This document shows, in pieces, positions 50,400 to 64,000 of a DNA stretch of 64,000 nt. The notes under the pieces were generated by a model that was given only the letters and a program-made list of their open reading frames with translations, ran no database searches and was not told the DNA's origin. Every line of letters begins with the position of its first letter. The stretch's first letter is position 1. The translations under genes were made by a program, and so were the position numbers. This stretch comes from Podarcis melisellensis (lineage: Eukaryota), in assembly GCA_964234715.1 (NCBI GenBank), contig OZ174285.1; one strand, written 5' to 3'.

Positions 50400-51010
50400 C
50401 CCATACAGACTCTAAAAACAGTAAAACCATTTCATCAGATATAAAATTGATCTTCCATAAATGACTGGGTTGCACCTCAAGGAAAGCCTTCCTAAACAAA
50501 TATGTCTTCAGTAGGCACCTGAACATCATTGCGCTAGGCACCTGTCCGATTTCAGCTGGTGATTTATTGCAGATAACTGGAGCTGCAACACTAAAAGTCT
50601 GGTTTCTAGTGCAGGCTAAGTGCACCTCTGGGGCATATGGTACTCTCATCCGTGCTCAATCCGAGAAGAGCAGTTGCCGGGCAGGGATATAGTGTACAAG
50701 GTGGTCCCTTAGATATCCTGGTTCCAAGTCATTTAAGGCTTCAAATGTGCCGTTGGTAGCCAGTTCAGTTCCTTCATGTTATATGGTGTGATGGGCTACC
50801 CCAGTCAACAATCTCACTGCTGCATTCTGCACCAATTGCACCTTCCAGGTTAAGCCCAATGGAAGCCATAAATAGAGCACTTAGTAGTAATCCAATCTTG
50901 AGGTTATCCACATCAAAAATATAGTGGCTGAACTCTTTTGGTCCAGGAATGGCTGTAGTTGTCTTTCCAACTTAAGCTGGTACAAGGGACTACTAGCCAC
51001 CGATACTACC
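50400..51010 (-). mobile_element. L2-clade LINE 3' remnant
   Basis: Minus-strand peptides ITSRLDYY and FSVAAPVICNKSP...FRCLLKTYLF, typical of the L2 ORF2 C-terminus. Confidence 0.75.
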
Positions 51011-52665
51011 TGTGCCTCAAGCAGGGCTGCCAGCTCCTGGGGGCTGAGCCCTTTTGGTTCCCCCCTAATATTTTTCGAGGGGGCGGGCCCCCCATGTCCC
51101 AAAAGACCAGGGGGAGGAGGAAGAGGCCAAATGCGGAGCCGAGTGCGGCACAGCTTCAGTGGCCAGCTCCTCCTGCTGCTGCTGCGGCGGAGGGGGTCAA
51201 AGCAGTCTCCCACATTTGGAGGCACCACCAGGAAAGCTCTGTGAGCCTCAGCCCCTTCATGCACCTGCTGGCAAAACATGAATTATTAGTTTAATATCCC
51301 ACAAAACAGTGGTCCGTCGCTGCTGTTTGTGAGAGTAACCATGCTGGAGCGGACCCCTTTAACGAAATGATTGTTGAAAGATCGCATGTTAGTGCAGCCT
51401 TCACCAATGGTGCCCTCCAGCTACTTTCAACTATACACCCTATGGCCAGTATGTTACAATATAGAAGCAGCCTGTGAAGCATTTCTCTATTCAGATTCCC
51501 AGTATCCAGTCAGAGGCTATCATGGTTTTTTCCTACTAGTTATAGCCACTTTTGTAGAAAGAGAGCATTCGCCTGGAGTTCAGGTATGTCTGGGCCTTGC
51601 CAGGGCTCACTTGTGAGAACTAGATAGTCAGGAAGTGGCCCGTGCATCAGGGACACGTGTAGATCGTGCCTTTACTGAACTAACCCTGATAATCTGGGAA
51701 GCCCCATAGACAGCCTTTCCAGATGATCATTGGTCAGAGAAATGTAGTCAGAACCACTATTGAAATTCTATGAGCAGCAGGATTTTAAATTAACTCACCT
51801 ATCAGTTTGCTTGTGGGAGGGGATCTATTAAAATCCATTGTTTTGCACTTTTCCTCCACAATTGTGCCTGTTTAACATTATCTATCACTAAAATGTGGTT
51901 AATGTATAGGAAAATTGTTCTGCTAAAAGGTCTGTTTCCAGCAACTCCGTTTTCCCATCTCAGATTTCTGTTTTCTTGTTTTTTTATTATATGTTCCGAG
52001 ATATTTTGGTGCTTACAAGTAAGAAAACATTCAAAAACCAATGTTTTAGATTAGGATTAATAATACACATCTGCTTTGCTTCTTCTTCTTTTTTCCCCTT
52101 AAAACCACAGAATCATGTCAATTAGCTCAATAACGTTTTAAAGGGCAGTCGCATTAAATTCAGACTGGAAAATATGGCACTGCAGTTAAATTTATCTGCC
52201 TTGATGCAGATAATGCCAGCATAATGTCATCTTTGGGAAGTTGTGCATCTATCATAAACTTATTAATAATATACCTAAGTACTTCTGAAGTGGTGTCACA
52301 AGGACTGGGTTATTAGTGGACTGGTACTGCTCCAGAATAAATGATTTTGTAGCCTAAAAACTTAAAAGGAGAAAATATTTGGACAATATGTACTGTACTT
52401 ATAAAGAGGCACAACTTGAACACCACAAACATTATTGGGTGTCTGAAGCACCGCAGAATCCCCTTCTTACATCTCATGAACTCATTGGCAGACACCTGTT
52501 TCTCTGTGAAGAGCTGATTCTCTGGATTGCGACCATTTAATCTCCTTAAAACTAATGTAATTCTGAATTGTACAGAATATGGTATGAATTAAAGCAGCTG
52601 TTTATAGTTAAACTAATGGAGTCATATAAATATAACCCATTCTTGCATCAGTTGGCAGCTACAGA

Positions 52666-52685
52666 TGTGTGTGTGTGTGTGTGTG

Positions 52686-52731
<46 letters not shown>
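52666..52731. repeat. (TG)10 directly followed by (CA)~21 microsatellite
   Basis: Read directly from the sequence. Confidence 0.95.
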
Positions 52732-52733
<2 letters not shown>

Positions 52734-55700
52734 GAATGTCCAAATTTGATTATTCACATGCAAATGTTCACAGTTCCATGTAAATGTTGTGTGAATATCT
52801 GTACATATACTAGAGAGTTCTGAATGTCTGTGTGTGCATACACAGATAGACAACACACACACACACACGCACACACACACACACAAACTGCATCGAATGT
52901 CCAATTTTTGGTATATAACATTCACATGCTGACAATCCCAAACAAATGTAACTCTCTGAAAAGTCAGAGATTTATCAGTGATCAGGACCAGTCGCCTAAA
53001 AGTCATTGTCAACATTCACTTGATTATATCACAAAATGACGATATATATTCTACTTGAGAGTGTCTGTCTACAAAGTGGTCTCCCTAGCAAATCATTTCA
53101 AACTTCTTCAGTTGGCCCAAGGGAAGATCTGCAAACATTTTCATGTACACGAGGAAGAACAAAGAGGATGAATCCTCCAAGTATAAGCACAAAGAACGCA
53201 TTTTGAAACTAAGTTGATGTTACTAAACATTTATTACATTTTATAGGGGGTGGATACAATGCAGGTAAAGGTAAGTTCGAATGAGGAAATTAAGTGGCTT
53301 TGATCTTAACTTTTCCCATGACTATTACTGGGTTCCTTTTTTCAGGATACAGCTTTCTGCACCACACTCACCAGCTCCCTCTTCCCCTCCAAATGCTTGG
53401 GTTATGTTGTGGGGCAGGGGATGCAGGTGGAGTGGGTGTTTGTGGAATAGGTGCTCTCCTTACATGAAAGGGAGCAATTTAGGATTGAAGCCATTGGCTT
53501 CATGGGCATTTAAAACGAAGCTAGATACCATTCTTCAGGACCACCAGCTCCATGTTTTATTACCTCTTTGAAAGTACAAGGAAAAATGCTACCCTACCAG
53601 TTATCACACTGGACTTTACACACAATTTTTCCCATGCAGTGCAGTGACACTGGTGCAGTCCTGCTGCTAATTCTTTGGTCTGCCTTTGGCACGAGCAATG
53701 ACGCAGAAAGAAATCTGCATGGATGACTTGCATGTATCAGGTTTGCTAAGTCAGTATACCTACCTAAGCAGTTTCCCACTTAGAAGCACCCTTAATCTGA
53801 TTTAGCTTTCTTTGGATTTTGCTCAGTGCCTAATGAAGGCAGAGTTTAGCTTTCAAATTTCAAGTTTGGGATTGGCTGTGGTGAAAAGGGGTGCAATGAA
53901 ATTGCCTGTGTAATTTCAGATCTGGCAAATTTGACCTAGAAACACCAACTTTTTTTTTTAAAGAACCACATCACATGTCATTTTTCCAGAATTATTTAGA
54001 ACCACTTTCCCCCCATTTAATTGCCAATTCTAAAAATCTCTCATGATGTCACTGAAATAATGCTTGATGTCAGTTCCTACACACAACATAAGCAGCTTTT
54101 CATCTGGCCACACTTGATTAACTTTGTGTATCCTTTGTGGTATGTATGGGAAAGAATGAAACAACCTGGCTGGAACTGTGATTTGATTAAAAAAAGGAAA
54201 AGAAAGGCAAAACCTAAAACCCCGAAGAACACTGAAATGGCTTTGCTTTGGTGACTTCATTTTCAGCTTGATGAAACTCAGATCACTTATGGGAATGTCC
54301 AGGACAATTTCAAAATATTGTGGCAAATTGAGGAAGACATAAAAAGGGCTTGACTCTATAAGACATTTAAAATAATCTAATCTACAAAGTGGAATGAATC
54401 AGCATTTTGGCAGCTCTTTAAAAAACACACACAGTACAAACTAATTCCAAAAGTTTAGGGTTGGGGGAAGAGAAAATCTAAATCTCTTACCTTTTCAATG
54501 TCTGTAGCACAATGATTCCCCCCCCCCAAAAAAAATGCACTCTCTTTTCAGGGTCAATCGAAAATCATCTAGGAAGAATGCAAATAAGGAAATTAGCTTT
54601 TAATGGCTGCAATCCTAAACACACTTGCTGGAGAATGTCCCACTGAACTTACTTCTCCATTTATGTATAGGATTGCAATGTATGAGACAGACCTGGATTT
54701 TTGCACATTTCCTACCGGTGCAAGAACTCTGGTGTATGCATAACTTCCCCCAGGCCATAAAATGGTTCTTCACATTTATTTCAACTTAGGCATCTGATCC
54801 ATCTGCAGACAGATTTGCTGCCTCTGTGGATAGGAATGGAAACTCATGTACAATGAAACACACAGTAACATGCAGTTGTGAGAAGATAATAAAGACCTAA
54901 CCCTAACCCTAATGCAAAATAGATGCCCAAGACATTTAGTGAAGGGCATCTAGTGAAGGTGAATGGAATACACCAAGAGAAAGAATTCATGGGAAGAGAG
55001 ATGGACTCCTTCAGAACTTCAGCATGAGATGACCTGGCAGTAAGGAACTTGAAAACAAGGTTGAAGAACTTCTAAACACATTTACTACAGAGTAAGCCCC
55101 AATGAATACTGTGAAACTCACACCTGAGTAAAGATGTGCAGGATTGCACTGTTGGATGCTTAACAAGGAGAATCCAAAATGCCTCTTTTCTTATTGCACA
55201 TATAGTTTTATTCAATGGAGGTTCCCTAAGTGGAAGGGAGAATTTGGGGGCAATATTTGGGCATATATTGAATGGGTGTGCCAGACTGGGTCAATTAGTT
55301 TTGCACATCTGTGAAATCTAAAAGCAGAACACAGGTATGTTAAAGCTCAATATGATATCAGCACAGCTGAAATTGGAGACCTCCAAATATGACCATTTTT
55401 ATGTATCTCAAAATGTTACTTTTCAGTGGGATGAATCCCTGGATTTGGGAGTTAAACAAAATCATTGGGGAAGAAACTGAATTACCTTTAGTTCAACATG
55501 GCTGTGAGAATCAGTATGAAGTATAGTCTCAACTCCACTGAAATTAATAGTTCATTTTTACAGGCTTCAGAAAGGCAACAATGTGATTTTGCTTCTTGTT
55601 CTAATATATGCACCTATTTGTACTTTGTTTAGCTGCCTGGATATCTACTATAAAATATATGAATTTAAAAATCCACAGCTTGGTGGTTGCCAACAACTCT

Positions 55701-56703
55701 ACACCCTTCTCTTTATCTTTTGCATGCCATTTTGACTTATTCATTTGGCTTTATGTAGTTCTTGCTGATTTATTTTTTCTCATTTCTCTTCAATTATATA
55801 TTGAATTAACCATTTCTTAGAATATTCCTTATATGACTTGATAATTCTTCTTCCCACTTTGCCTCGGCCCTCATTCCTTTCAAATCCTATGCAATTATTT
55901 TATTGTTACCTTTCTTGCCAACCCACTTTGCACATTATTATTCAACGCCATATTTCAACGTATTTTTTGTCCATGCTTTTCATCCATACACAGTTTTAGA
56001 CATATTTGTTATATGATCTGTATTGTTTTATTGGTACTGTTGCTGTAGGTCTGTCATGGCCTTTGGTTAGAACAATAAACTTAAACTGATTGATTGAACT
56101 TATTCGTCCTCTCAACAGGTGTTCCTTCCTATATTTTTCTGAATTTTATATATATATTATTTCTGAACCTTATATATTTTTCTGAACCTATGCTTTTAAT
56201 TTCTGCTCCTGGGGCTATAAACTTCTTTAAATGGGTCTGGATATTGATGGATAAAATAAGTGGGAGATATTAATGATGGCAATCACTTGGTCTATTAATA
56301 GCATGGTAAATGAACCAATGGGATTTGGAGAGCTAAACAGGATTATCAATCTTAAAACATTTGGGTTCTAAAAGCAATCCTGTAACATCTGATTTATTGT
56401 ATCTTTACATTTTGTTCACTTCGCTCTCCAAATATTTCACATACTTGTGGGTGGAAATGCAACATTTCATGCCTAACTTCAAGTATACTCACAAACAATT
56501 TATTTACTTAAAAGCATTTTTTTCACCTCTGACAAAAAGAGTCCTGGAGTGGTTTTCAAAGTAGACAGTCCCTACCATCAGGCTAACAATCTAAAAGACA
56601 TGACACAGAAGGAGAAAGGGATTAGGAGAGAAAAAGAAAACAAGCAAATTTAGACATCAGTAGAGCTTTAAGCTCATTTTGTCCTATTGAAGAAAACTAG
56701 TGT

Positions 56704-56731
56704 ATTATTATTATTATTATTATTATTATTA
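56704..56731. repeat. (ATT)n microsatellite
   Basis: Read directly from the sequence. Confidence 0.9.
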
Positions 56732-56749
56732 CTTATCTGGGCTGAGCAA

Positions 56750-56848
56750 TCATAGAATCATACAATCGTAAAATTGGAAACAACTCCCAAGGGTCATTTA
56801 GTCCAACCCTCTGTAATGGAGGAATCTCACCTAAAGCATCCATGACAG
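56750..56848 (-). mobile_element. CR1 3' tail fragment
   Basis: TCATAGAATCATA...GGGTCATTTAGTCCAACCC...CTAAAGCATCCATGACAG is the reverse complement of 61317-61413. Confidence 0.8.
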
Positions 56849-59521
56849 TAGCATATTTCCCTTCTTTTATTTGCAGGGAGTGTAAGAAGACTAGGAAGGC
56901 TTTGGGCCTGTGAAATGATACAGGCTGCAACATATAAACTCCAGTGAGTCGTAAAAAGGTCTTCAGAAAAGGCTTGTGCAACGTGTTATGCAGGGTATTG
57001 TGCAAATGGAACAACTTATTAGGATTCAGGGTCACTTTTCCACCCAGCACTCTTCTGCATGGTCAGAAGAAACCCTTTCATGAACAGAAGAGCATATTTG
57101 GTTTTTCAAGGGTGTCCTAAAAGAAGCATCTCATGATGTGCCCACATTTTTAAAATTGCAAATGTTTATATAATCATTGTGTACCAGATTTTTTTTTTAA
57201 AAAATGCACCAGTAATCTTAATTTTGTCCTAAAAGTGGATGGGAGCAGCTCACACATTTCTGCTGAAAGAGGAAGAGCCAGGTCTGACAGTTTCCCTACA
57301 TTAAAAAGTTGCAGGAGAGCAGGGCAGTCTGCCCGTTCTGCAATTAAGTTGGAAAAGTAAGCAGATCTGGCTTGTTTCAAATGTGCCTGCACACATTTAT
57401 ATGTCTCAAACCTCTAAATGTACACGAAGTCAAGAAGCCCTCAAAGCGCATTTAACTTATGGTGTATAGCCTTATTTAATGTTCTCCATATATCAAGATT
57501 AGAATACAGGAGTAACTGCCAATAAGTGGAGTAATGGGTGAACTTTGATTAGTAGTGAAAAGTCCAACCTATGTTTGCATAATGGGGACTGATCACTATC
57601 CTTTCACCAGCTGAGGTCATGTTCCAAAGAAGCTTTGAATTCAGCTTACAGGTTGCTTCATAACAGGCCCAATCCAGGACTGCAGCAGAATTCCAGAGTA
57701 CCCAGAATAATTGCAGGCTAGTGTGAGTTGGAAGGAAAGCGAAGAACGGTAGGTGTATGTTTGAATGGAGACGAGATTATCAACTCCACAACCTTTCTCT
57801 CTCAGAACCATACACTATCCAACCTGTTCAGTCTCTTATACCCTCCCTATGTCTGAAACAGTAAAATAGTAATATACAGTACGGCATTCAGAGATGAGAA
57901 ACAGGAGTTAAAACTTAGTTTTTCACTCCTTAGTGAACAGGCACATGGGCTATTCAGATTTTTCTCCATTTTATACTGTAGAAAGTTAATCTAGTCCAGA
58001 AATTAGTCAATTTCCTTTGACTACGCCCTAAATCTGATAGCAACTGATTCTAGATGTTCATTTTCACTGTGATTATATGGTTGAACCCTCAACTCAGAAG
58101 AAATATTTTACGAGACTCTTTCTTTGCTGCCAATGCTGCACAGCAAATGTTTACTTTCTTTTGAATTGCCCCCATGAAATGTAGTGATTTTGGTTGTTGT
58201 TTTTTAAAATCTGTCCTCCATCTCCCATCATGCCCCCAGATTCACTAATACCAATGAGAAATGTTTCCCTTGATGCCAGAAGACATCTTGGTATCTATCT
58301 GCACTTCATGCCATTGACTTTGGCTCCCCTTCTCTTTGTTTCAGCAGATGAATTTCCCATTTTAATCTCCTGGGTTTCTATATTTCATTTTAGAAGCCAA
58401 ATACACAGTATCGCCAAGTTTTCTGTTCTATTGCCAAGATTTTGCACGAGAACTAGAAAAGCTTCCACAACCTCTGAGATTTACATCCCAATATGTTTCA
58501 TGTCCATGTCAAAGGGATTTCTGACAGTTGGGAAACCTAGTTAAGACTCATTGTTTAATATGTTTTCTTCTCTGTGAGTCCTACCTGTTTCTTCTTCTGA
58601 ATCACCTCAAAGCTAACAGAAGATACTTACGGCTGAAACTTACTAGTTTATGGAGCTCATAGGCTTTGCAGAAGCCAGGTGTAGAAGGCCAAGTGAACAA
58701 AAAACATCTGCATAAATATCTCATTTGACATCCTGGAGTAAGTATAGCAGAACATCAAATATCTAGAGAGTTTACACTAGATTGTAATACCCTACTGTCA
58801 TCCAATATGAAAATCATATCTTCCAGGTTTAGGACTGGCTTGTAAAAGAACAAAACATTTTTGTTGGCATTCGTCTGTCTTGGGAGACAATGGAGGAATT
58901 TGGGTTGGATTTGGGGTTGAAGTCAAACTGTTGGAAAATTACAGCACCTGCTGTGACTGTCAGGGACCAATACAGGAGAGAACAATACAAATAACTAGTT
59001 AAACATGTTTACCAATATCTATCAATATCACAAAATAGCAAAGGAGATTGACTGAAATTGAGCTCATTTTACAGACGTTACTCATAACAACCCCATTGGC
59101 TTCAAGGGGGATTACTCATGTAAGTGGCTTGGTCCTATAATACTACTTTATTTTCCCATGCATTTGTTTCTCAATGAGGCTTTAGTTTGATGATATAATA
59201 TATTCAGTTGATATAAATATTCAATTAGATTTCTTTCAAGTGATTGCTATTAAACATATAGTGTCAGGTTACAACTTTCTATTTCCAGGTAATAGTTTTT
59301 CAAACCAGAAGCCTGGGGATTTATTTATTTAAATATGCATTTCTACTTTGAGTTATTGCTGCTGCTGTTATTATTATTAAACAAAGTGGTTACATTTTCT
59401 TTCCTGTGGAAAGATTTATACAATGATTACAAATTCTGGATCCCTTAGAATAAGTTTACAAGATTGTTTATTTTGAAAGAACTGTTCTCTCAGTTCTAAG
59501 GTCCATTTGACCAAATCTAGG

Positions 59522-59767
59522 CACTGGCAGAGGAACAGGGGTGTGGGGGGGAGCGCACCGTCCCCGGCGGCACAATCCTGGTGGGGAGCCATTGTGGCTC
59601 CCCCCCCCCAGCGCTGTGCACCATGCCCCTGCAGGCGTTGCACCACACGTCCAGGATGTGTGCCATGGCCCTGCGGGCAGCATGCCACACCCCCAGGACG
59701 TGCACCAGCCACGCCCCCGCCTGCTCTCCACACACACACCCCGGCAGAGCTTGAAGCTCCGCCACTG
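59522..59767. mobile_element. hAT MITE, GC-rich
   Basis: Perfect 8-bp TSD AATCTAGG (59514-59521, 59768-59775); TIR CACTGGCAGAG / CTCCGCCACTG. Confidence 0.85.
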
Positions 59768-60862
59768 AATCTAGGACATAAGTAGATGAAAAGAGTTCCT
59801 GGATAATCAGGGGCTCTTTCCTCACTTCTGTTATCACATCAGAGAAACTGACTGTGCATACAGTACCATGGTCAGTTCCCTGGTTAGTTCCCTGGTTAGA
59901 AACATATGTGCCCTAAAGGATATTACTTCTTTATTGAGGTACTAATTATTCTTTCATGAAGCAATATTTCAAAGTGATACAAAAGTTAGCGTTTCAACTA
60001 GTTGATTAAGACTGAAATACTGGAGCCTAACAGCGATAGCTCAATTTCATTTACATTTCCACACTTGCAAACAACGAAACTGCCTTTTACTGAGGGTAAC
60101 ATAGCCATATTGCCTACTCCAGCTGTCAGTGCTCCAAGGTCCCAGGTCAAGGGTTTCCCCCAGTCTGCTCTCCAAAATCATTTTAAGATACTAGAGGTGA
60201 AATCTGCCAACCACTGGCATGCAAAGTATATGTTCCATAACTGGCTATGATACATGTGCTCTATTTCCTCAGGCAATGTAGGTCCATAGGTCTCAAGTAT
60301 CCCTCACTGTGAGGAATATGTTGAAGGTAGCTCAGCTTATGAAACTGTCCCATCTTACTTATTTCACTGGTTTTGCAAAGTCCTCATTTCTTACTAGTCA
60401 TTAAGACCTACATTTAAGCAGGAGTTTTCCTTACTGAATTCTTCTTCAAGTTGAAGGTCACTGTTCACATTTTTTTAGCTTGGACTAAAAGGCATTGTTG
60501 TTGTGCAAACCATGTAAGAGAAGATGAGTTGGATCTTGCGTGTACCTTCCACAAATTGACTCCATCCATTTGCAGAAGGAACTGAGATCCAGCAGAGACT
60601 AGAGGAAGAGCAGAAGCTGACTTAGCTGCAGATCCCATACTGTTTTGGAAGGCCTCCCCACCTATCTTTTAATGGAGCACAGGGAGCTGCAGTGGGAAGG
60701 AGAAATGGGCAAAATGGTCATTCTTCCAGGGGAATGCATCATCCTCTCTTTGGGTGGAGTGGCAGGGAATACTGGGTCCACTGAGGGGAAGAAACACAGG
60801 ATTCTGTCTTAGACCAATTCAGGTCATTGCTCCATCTGGCTTACTATTGTCTATGCCTTGAG

Positions 60863-61416
60863 TCAACAGAAGTGTAGTGTCCAGATCAAGGGAAACAACA
60901 GTACTACTTTATTCTGCCTTGGTCAGACCACACCTTAAGTACTGTGTCCATATCTGGGCAACGCAATTTCAGAAGGATATTGACAAGCTGCAACGTGTGC
61001 AGAGGAGGGCGACCAAGATGATCAAGGGTCTGGGAACCAAGCCTTCTGAGGAATGGTTGAAAGAGCTGGGTATGTTTAGCCTGGAAAAGAGGAGAGAGGA
61101 GATATGATATCTCTCTTCAAATATCTCAAGGACTGTCACATGGAAGAGGGAACAAGCTTGTTTTTGTCTCCTCTGGAGGTTGGGACTTGAACCAATGTCT
61201 TCAAATTACAAGAAAGGAGATTCTGACTAAGCATCAGGAAAAAACTTTCTGGTCTCCCTCAGGAGGTTGTTGACTCTCCTTCCTTGAAAGTTTATAAGCA
61301 GAAGTTGGATGGCCATCTGTCATGGATGCTTTAGCTGAGATCCCTGCATTGCAGGGGATTGGACCAGATGACCCTTGGGATCCCTTGCAACTCTACAGTT
61401 TTATGATTCTATGAAT
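60863..61416 (+). mobile_element. CR1 LINE 3' fragment
   Basis: [39 protein letters not shown] (CR1 ORF2 C-terminus) and terminal TATGATTCTATGA repeat. Confidence 0.92.
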
Positions 61417-61948
61417 CTCCAATGTGACCCCTGTGGGCACCATAATGCCATCAGACACCTCCATTACTTCTAAATGTGCAAGCCATGTGATTCACACTAC
61501 TTCACAGGTCACAATCTGAGCCTTCTGTTGAGGGCTCTTCATGCCCATCAGGAAAAAGCTGGACATCCTTTTTTGTAACACGATTATGTCATCTTCTAGC
61601 TCCAAAAAGGTGTGAACTGTGAACTCCTGCCTACATGCAACCCAATCCATTGGCTGTGCCAAGCAACCTACTAATCGAAGCTAACTTACCAACAAAGATA
61701 CAAAATAAATTTGTTTGTTTTCTTCTTTTCATGTATTAATTGCTCCTTATGAAACATCTCAAGGTGATTTAACAGTAAGTATATGATGCTTAGGTTTTAG
61801 GGTAAATGGGATGTCCTGGGGGGGAGGAGCGTCAAGTAGGTTTCATTTATGCAAGGTACCTTGTACAGAAAACTGGAAACCAGGAGATTTACTTCTTCTT
61901 ACTGAACAATTGTGTAGAATAGTGCTGGTAGAACTCTCCTTTCAAGTA

Positions 61949-62174
61949 CAGTGGTACCTCGGGTTACATACGCTTCAGGTTACAGAGTCCGCTAACCCAG
62001 AAATATTACCTCGGGTTAAGAACTTTGCTTCAGGATGAGAACAGAAATCGTGCAATGGTGGCGCAGAGACAGCAGGAGGCCCCATTAGCTAAAGTGTTGC
62101 TTCAGGTTAAGAACAGTTTCAGGTTAAGAACAGACCTCCAGAACAAATTAAGTTCTTAACCCGAGGTACCACTG
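61949..62174. mobile_element. Tc1/mariner (Tigger-like) MITE, 226 bp
   Basis: TIR CAGTGGTACCTCGGGTTA...TAACCCGAGGTACCACTG, TA TSD; same length as 6429-6654. Confidence 0.9.
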
Positions 62175-64000
62175 TAAAAGGTCCAGAAACCTACTTGTTG
62201 TTTTAAATGGCTGAAATAAATAAAAGTACATCAAGGAATAGCCTAGCCCCCTATATCTCCATCCACACCCCATGGCCACATCAGTTTTGAAAACACAAAA
62301 TGCTATATGGTGTGCAGTCCACAATGGGCCACATCCATCAGCAACACTACTGCAAATATTTTTCAATGAAATGGTCTTATAAGGAGCTGGCAAAGGTGAA
62401 GCATTCCCCCCCCCTTCTGTTCTCACCATTGTTTTGATTCTCATTTCCTAATTAATGACAGTATAATTTATTCCTCATGTTATTAAAAGACAACACTTTT
62501 GAAGAAAATGACAGTGTTTACCTTCCCTGGGAACACTGGTTGCTTAAGACATAAACACATTGCCAGGATGTTTATAAAATAACTGCCAATTAGAACTTTG
62601 AATTAAAAAAGGTTTACCAGCCTGAATCTACAGATTCAGATCGGATGAAAAGTATGAAATGAAGTAGTTTGCACTTCATCTCTTGCTTCAGTCTTATTTT
62701 ATGGCTCTCTCTTCTCACAACAGTTGTGAATATAGACGGGATTTACAATAGTACTAAGCTCTCCTACCAAGAGACACATATAAAACTGTCATTGGGCAGC
62801 TCATGCTGTCTGAAGTTAGTGGATGTTGACAAAGAACATTGCTAAGACTTAGAAGGCACTGAATTTTCTTCCAGCTCAGAGTGAGACAAGACTTGGGCCT
62901 GGGGGAAGGGAGTTATTGGCGAGTTTATTTAACTGTTCACTATAACCTCCTTGTCTCGACAAGCATCCAGGACTGGCAATCTTAAGAATGACTTTTTTCT
63001 CACTTGTCAACTTGATGGAAGGAAAGACCTTAAAAGAAGAGCTCTCTAAAAAGCTAATTTGCTAGAAGCCTGTGCATGTAATGGGTCCGATGTAATGATT
63101 AGAATGCTAATGTTTAAAAAAGCTTGAACATTTTGGAACGCAGTGGAATATGGACTTTATCAAGCTGATGTTTTAATGAGGAGAAAAATGCCACCAGTTG
63201 TCTTGCCAAGCCAAAATCTTTCTGCTTCTAAGAATACCATTGACATGTCCCTAGATACAATCAAAGAAACATCTGCACTGCTTCCAGGCTGCTATTGTTG
63301 CTGCTAGAAACCAGGGATGTATTCAGACATATGCAAAAATGGACTTTGGAGTAAATCATCATCAGATAGACGTTTTAAAACCTGTGTTTGAATCCCCAAA
63401 GCTATAAGTTTTGAAGGGGAAAGAAGACATCTAAGACATAACAGAACATTGACATTAATTCATCTAAGCAGATTTGATAATGTAGGTATGATTTCCTAAC
63501 ATTAAAACATGTCTGCAAAACCTTTAATTTGTTATAATTCATTGCTATATTTTGATATAATTCCTTGACTGAGAGGAAGAGACTTGAGAATTACAACCAC
63601 ATGAAGTCTAGCATGCTTTTAAAGATATTTTGTCTTCCATTCTCTGGAACTATTTTTCATCAAGGTACCTAGTAAATTATACTAGAACTCAAGTAACTGC
63701 AGTCTACAAATCCCTTCCTCTCTAGCAATCGTAATGAAGCTAATGCACATAATTACAAAGTAAGTTGTTTATGGACTGAAACTGAAGCTTCATTTGCTTC
63801 AAGCTGTATTAAATGTAGCTTTATATCTACGTAAAAGAGTAAAGCAAAAGGGAAGCTACATCATCTACTGTACCTCCTGAGTTCTTCATTGCACAGAAGA
63901 TGTAAGCCAGTTGTAAATATAGTGTTTCTTACTGTATTTTAGTGCTTCATTTTAAAGCAACACAGGAACAAGTAACAGTAGTATAAAACATGACTTGTAA

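Noticed and set aside
54896-54912. CCTAACCCTAACCCTAA telomere-like repeat
   Set aside because: Fewer than three units; too short to call an interstitial telomeric site.
60877-61107. 76-aa ORF as a host gene
   Set aside because: Truncated CR1 ORF2 fragment.
41000-64000. Neighbouring protein-coding gene upstream of PRDM6
   Set aside because: No non-repeat CpG island, exon-like ORF or recognisable protein found; the GC-rich patches are MITEs with TSDs or TIR remnants.
1-64000. Prokaryotic systems (CRISPR arrays, operons, defence islands)
   Set aside because: Sequence is clearly vertebrate intron/intergenic DNA; no regularly spaced repeat-spacer arrays seen.

Overview
Vertebrate genomic DNA, almost certainly a squamate. 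Sauria-type SINEs, tRNA/CR1-tailed SINEs and many hAT, Tc1-mariner and Harbinger-like MITEs point to a lizard, probably a lacertid. The window holds the 5' half of PRDM6 (PR/SET zinc-finger gene) on the minus strand: a candidate non-coding first exon (~35.2-35.65 kb), the first coding exon (34647-34089, phase-1 donor), a 20.3-kb intron, and the 308-nt zinc-knuckle/PR-domain exon (13768-13461). I found no later exons, so they probably lie left of the window. A ~13-kb CpG-rich domain (27-40 kb, with a 140-N gap) covers the promoter and upper intron. The rest is AT-rich intron/intergenic DNA with repeats and homeodomain-motif-rich blocks. The most notable observation is a degenerate INVERTED copy of the PRDM6 exon-3 splice acceptor and first ~140 nt (12029-12384). 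It lies 1.1-1.4 kb into the next intron, is split by a hAT MITE, and could base-pair with the acceptor in the pre-mRNA. Also notable are a candidate intragenic promoter/alternative first exon at ~27.05-27.37 kb whose donor is in phase with exon 3, and two different tRNA-headed SINEs sharing one CR1 tail.
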